This document shows positions 60,291 to 64,000 of a stretch of 64,000 nt of DNA, in pieces; position 1 is the stretch's first letter; each line of letters starts with the position of its first letter. Under the pieces are notes generated by a model. That model saw only the letters and a list, made by a program, of their open reading frames with translations. It did no database searches and was not told the DNA's origin. The DNA is from an uncultured Alphaproteobacteria bacterium (GTDB lineage: Bacteria; Pseudomonadota; Alphaproteobacteria; Rhizobiales; Hyphomicrobiaceae): positions 1,117 through 65,116 of the forward strand of contig CAVVRF010000007.1 of the NCBI GenBank assembly GCA_963750535.1, written 5' to 3'. The translations under genes and the position numbers were made by a program.

Positions 60291-60544
60291 AGTCTTTCCA
60301 ATTGAGGTGGAGCGCACCCATCCCGCCTCCTGTATCCGTCATCCCGGCGAAGGCCGGGAACCCAGTCAGGTTTCAGAAAGACTGGTCTCGCAGTGACCAC
60401 GCGCCTTCGGCAACTCTCGAGATCGCCAGTAGCCGAGGACTCGCCGAGGCTTGTCTGGGTTCCCGCCTGCGCGAGAATGACGTCACTGGGGAGCTTTGCG
60501 CCAGCGAGAAAGTTTCGACCGATTCAGTCTCGGTCGGAAAACCT

Positions 60545-61840
60545 CTAACCGCCCGTGATTCCGAACTCGCTGAACGGGATGAAGTCGACCGCGTCGCCGC
60601 GGGCGATGTCGCCGGCGCTCTCCGGTATGTCGATCAGGCCGTCGGCGACGCGCAGCCCGGAGATGAGGCCGGAACCGTCACGCGCGAACTTGTCGACGGC
60701 GAGGCCCGCTGGCGTGTCGACCAGCATTCCGCGCCAGAATTCCCGGCGTCCCGGTTTGCGGCCGGTGAACGAGAAGGCCGCCGGCAGCCGATATCGGATC
60801 GGCTCCCGCCAGGTTCCGCCGCCAAGGCGCTGCAGCAGCGGAAACACGTACATCAGGAAGCACACGAACACCGCGACGGGGTTCCCCGGCAGGCCGACCA
60901 CAAGGCAAGGCGGCAGCATCGGCGCGCTTCTGCGGCGGATCTGCCCGAACATCATCGGGCGACCTGGCTTCACCGCAATTTGCCAGAAGGTGCGCGAGCC
61001 GAGGGCTGCGAGCGCGGCTGCCATATGGTCCTCGTCGCCCCGGCTGGCGCCGCCTGTGGTGATGACGACATCGTACGCCTCGGCCGCCGCCGCGAGCCTT
61101 TCCTTGACCTGTTGCGCATCGTCGCGCCAGATCCCGAGGCTTTCTGGCGCCGCGCCTGCAAGCGCCACCAGCGACCGCAGCATCGGCGTATTGGCGTCGA
61201 ACACCTGCCCGGGGCCGAGGGACGACGCTCCAACGGCGATGACCTCGTCGCCGCTTGCCATCACCCCGACGCGGAGCGGGCGATGACATGCCACCGTTGC
61301 CTGGCCGATGGAGGCCAGCCCGGCCAAGTCCTGCGGGCGCAACGTGTGTCCGGCCTCGAACAGCGTGGTGCCGGCCGCAACGTCCTCGCCGGCCTGGCGA
61401 ACGTTGGCCCCGTGCTTCAATCCGCCCGGAATCCGGACCCTCCCGTTGTCGACCCGGCAATCCTCCTGCATGGCGACGGTGTCGGCACCGTCCGGCATCA
61501 TGGCGCCCGTGAAGATGCGAGCAGCGGTACCTCTCGCCAAAAGGGCGCCGAGCGGCCGACCGGCGACCGCGCGGCCACCGATTTCGAATGTGGCGCCGGA
61601 GGCCCGGTCGTAATCGGCATGCGCGAAGGCATAGCCATCGACCGCCGCATTGGTATGCGCCGGCACAGGCGAGCTCGCAATAACCGGCGCGGAAATCCGT
61701 CTGCCGATGGCAGCATCAAGCGGGACGACCTCGATCCCGGCGATCGGCTGAACGCTTTGCTGCAACAGCGCCAGGGCCTCGGCGTGCGTCAGCCGGCGGT
61801 CGCCGTGCGCAAAGCAGTCATCGAGTGCTGGTTTTGGCAT
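60545..61840 (-). CDS. moeA: molybdopterin molybdotransferase
   Basis: MoeA N-terminal domain and MoCF_biosynth block (DVVITTGGASRGDEDH...GLPGNPVAVFV). Length 431 aa. The overlapping 580-aa plus-strand ORF is antisense noise. Confidence 0.9.
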   Translation of the reverse strand: MPKPALDDCFAHGDRRLTHAEALALLQQSVQPIAGIEVVPLDAAIGRRISAPVIASSPVPAHTNAAVDGYAFAHADYDRASGATFEIGGRAVAGRPLGALLARGTAARIFTGAMMPDGADTVAMQEDCRVDNGRVRIPGGLKHGANVRQAGEDVAAGTTLFEAGHTLRPQDLAGLASIGQATVACHRPLRVGVMASGDEVIAVGASSLGPGQVFDANTPMLRSLVALAGAAPESLGIWRDDAQQVKERLAAAAEAYDVVITTGGASRGDEDHMAAALAALGSRTFWQIAVKPGRPMMFGQIRRRSAPMLPPCLVVGLPGNPVAVFVCFLMYVFPLLQRLGGGTWREPIRYRLPAAFSFTGRKPGRREFWRGMLVDTPAGLAVDKFARDGSGLISGLRVADGLIDIPESAGDIARGDAVDFIPFSEFGITGG

Positions 61841-62065
61841 GCGGCAGCCTGTCCGAACGGCGGAATGCGCATGAGGATATCAGCGCTGCGCCGATTGCGG
61901 AAAGCTGTTGTTGAACGGAAGCCGCGGCGCAAGCCCTCATAGGCCAGTCGGTCATGAGCCGCTGGCGCGACAATTCCGAAAAGAAATGTGGTACCGCCGA
62001 TCGCGCCGTCCGATCGACGTCATCCTGCCCAGGTCAATTGCCGAGATCGACGCCTTGCGTCGCCG

Positions 62066-62158
62066 TCAAAGGACTTGCGTCAACACATAAAGCCCCACAC
62101 CGAGCGCAGGCCCGAGTAGGGTTGCCAAAACCATCATGACAAAGGGCTTCGCCACCAT
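62066..62158 (-). CDS. possible 30-aa hydrophobic peptide (single TM) in an AT-rich intergenic island
   Basis: Minus strand GGGAG-N8-ATG, MVAKPFVMMVLATLLGPALGVGLYVLTQVL*. It matches no family I recognise and may be non-coding. Confidence 0.3.
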   Translation of the reverse strand: MVAKPFVMMVLATLLGPALGVGLYVLTQVL

Positions 62159-62265
62159 GACTATTACTCCCGCACGCTACCAACGCTCCGTCCAACGGTA
62201 AAAAAACCCCGTTGCCACGAAACTGAACGTCCCTCAACGCTCAGCTCGATGAGAAGAATACATTC

Positions 62266-64000
62266 TTATGACGGAATTGCCACATAATTTTTCGTAACAT
62301 TCAAAACCGAGCATAATCCCGCATTGTTAGTCGCCGAAAATAGCCGTTTTGAACACTTGCTTGATCCGTCTTGGCATTCGCGAAGTGCATATGTTTGCGT
62401 CGCGAAGCGCGCGAGTGCGCTGCAGCAGGATTGCCCCCCGGAAGGGCACCTCTCGAAGGTGCCATTGTTGCTGTTTGGCAACGAAATTCGGCCTGTTTTC
62501 GCGGCCTGTGGCGCTGCCGCTCTCCCATGCCGGACGGCGGAGGCTTCTCGTCCTGGCCCTTGGTTTCGTGGGCGAGCTGCTCGATCCGGTCGAACGGCAC
62601 CTGCTCGGCCATGATCGAGACCGCTGCGCCTTGATTGCCCGCGCCAGGCCCTCCTGGACGAGATCGAACTCGCCGAACCGTCTGGTTCGGCAACACCCGC
62701 GCGGGATGAGGCCGCTTCGCTCTGGAAGGCCGCGCGCAGCTTACGCAGCGCGGTCTCCTCGCGGACACGGCCGATCAACCGGCTCGTCACCTGATCGCGG
62801 CTCTTGTCGTCGAGGTCGCCGGGCGACTCGGTGGCGAGCATGATGCCGAGACCGGCCGACGTGCACGCTTCGACAGGCTCTGCAGCGGCTTCGCGGTGGA
62901 CCGCTTCGAATGAGCCGGGTGTAGGATCGACCTCGTCGAACATGACGATCGCCTGCAGCGCGTCGTTGGGGTTGCGCTGGCAGAACCGCGATGCCTCGGA
63001 TAGGAATTGCGACGGCCAGAACAGGATGTTGTCGTTGTCGCCGAGAAGCCGGCGTCATCACCGACAGCCGCGTTCACCGTCTCGGCGTAGGTCCCGATGC
63101 CGAGCAGCGCCTCCATGCTCAGGCTCTCGCCGCGCCTCGACAGCGCGGCGTTGCGGGGCCGCGGCTCTCGGCTCGGCGACGGGTCGCGCGGATCTTGGCG
63201 GACGGGTCCATTGCGCTGGGTACGATCGGTGGGCTGGCGTCCTCGTCCCCCAGCAGCAGGATCAGGTTGGCAGCGTCCGCTCAGGCTGTGCGCGACCGAG
63301 GATCCGCAGCACGACCGATAGCGTGCCCGACTGCTTCTGGTGCGTGGCCGAGTTCTTCAGATCCAGCGTGTCGCCGAGCGCCGCCGACGACAGGTTGGCG
63401 GCGGCTGTTGCTCGTGCTCAGGCGATTCGTTGATGCCGTTCGGCGACGGTGTGATGGAAAGGGTCGCCGGTGGCCCGACCGGGGGTGTAGACCGCAACGT
63501 CGATCGCGTCGCGGCTTCTCACACTCGCACGCCGCTCCTGGAACTCGTCCTCGTTCGCGCGCAGACGTGCGGATCGCGTAGCTGCACAGGTCGCCCTTGC
63601 GGTCGAGGAGGACCGCTGGAATGCCGCGACCAGCAGCTGCTCGATCAGGCTCGACGCCGGTGTCGTTGCCCGAGCCGGGCCACCGGCACCCCGGCATGGC
63701 GTTTCAGCACGCTGGTGTTGAGGGTGACCGCCTTGTTGCGCCCGCCGACTCGCGGCCGGCGAAGATGCTATGGGCATTGTCGCCGTTTCGTCGAGGTCAC
63801 CGATAGCGGCGATACGTCGTCGTTGCGGTATCGGCTCGGCCTCGCCGTCGGCAGGTCCGCTCCATTCCGTCCAGGCGGGGTGGGCTCGTTCGACAGCGGT
63901 CGGCACGGTCTCGCCGCCTGCCGCGATCACCGCCGCGGGCAGCTCCATGCGCGGCGCCGGCCGAACAGCAGGTCGGGCCGCAGCGGCTGCTCCAGCGGCG
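62266..64000 (-). pseudogene. DUF853 / YjgR-like (HerA-type P-loop) ATPase gene, fragmented across at least four reading frames; runs off the window end
   Basis: Minus-strand fragments in different frames match successive conserved YjgR blocks: ...PASSLIEQLLVAAFQ.. (P-loop region), ..GIPAVLLDRKGDLCSYA.. (E. coli VPVFMADVKGDLTG), ..IVMFDEVDPTPGSF.. (LVFFFDEAHLLF), ..GLGIMLATESPGDLDDKSRDQVTSRLIGRVREETALRKLRAAF.. ([33 protein letters not shown]), ..GAAVSIMAEQVPFDRIEQL... Confidence 0.55.

Noticed and set aside
60200-61942. 580-aa plus-strand ORF
   Set aside because: Antisense to moeA, whose minus-strand product has clear MoeA motifs. The plus-strand translation is Arg/Gly/Ala-rich noise typical of high-GC antisense frames, and it also runs through the MITE-like element.

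Overview
This window is high-GC (~65%) chromosomal DNA that looks alphaproteobacterial; the gene content resembles Bradyrhizobium/Rhodopseudomonas, but I cannot verify this by search. Most of it is housekeeping genes. In order: an α/β-hydrolase fragment, a GMC oxidoreductase, a hicAB toxin–antitoxin pair, and a CUT1-type sugar ABC transporter with LysR regulator, amidohydrolase and hydrolase genes. Then an EVE-domain/methyltransferase pair, a putative Rhs-CT-like toxin–immunity pair, and a PepSY + OmpR/histidine kinase two-component system. Next comes a lower-GC glycosyltransferase islet ending at tRNA-Gly(CCC), followed by a radical-SAM protein, mscL, a large SSF-fused hybrid histidine kinase, mntH and an enolase-superfamily enzyme. 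After two tandem tRNA-like genes (the second Asn-like) come an SPFH protein, two rlpA paralogs, an SDR, a transaldolase and priA. Two tandem small Tyr/Arg-rich secreted proteins precede the F1 ATP synthase operon atpH-A-G-D-(small ORF)-C. The rest is two tandem NUDIX/RppH genes, ctpA, an M23 peptidase, a PduO-type adenosyltransferase, a rhomboid, etfBA, hbd, qor, a TAXI-TRAP transporter, ispA, mtgA, moeA, and a decayed DUF853/YjgR ATPase pseudogene at the 3' end. I found no rRNA, CRISPR array, integrase or transposase genes. Items worth a second look: (1) a HicB antitoxin carrying an Ala/Lys-rich histone-like tail whose module is duplicated in a free-standing upstream gene; (2) a candidate orphan toxin/immunity pair; (3) a 7-bp tandem duplication frameshifting a GT4 glycosyltransferase; (4) a 273-bp MITE-like element with perfect 28-bp terminal inverted repeats inserted at the mtgA stop codon; (5) two adjacent tRNA-like genes with imperfect acceptor stems; (6) apparent 1-nt homopolymer frameshifts in atpH, the rhomboid gene and the TRAP fused permease, which are likely sequencing errors but are reported. 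ORF coordinates follow the supplied track. Coordinates I derived by hand (tRNAs, repeats, hairpins) may be off by 1-2 nt.
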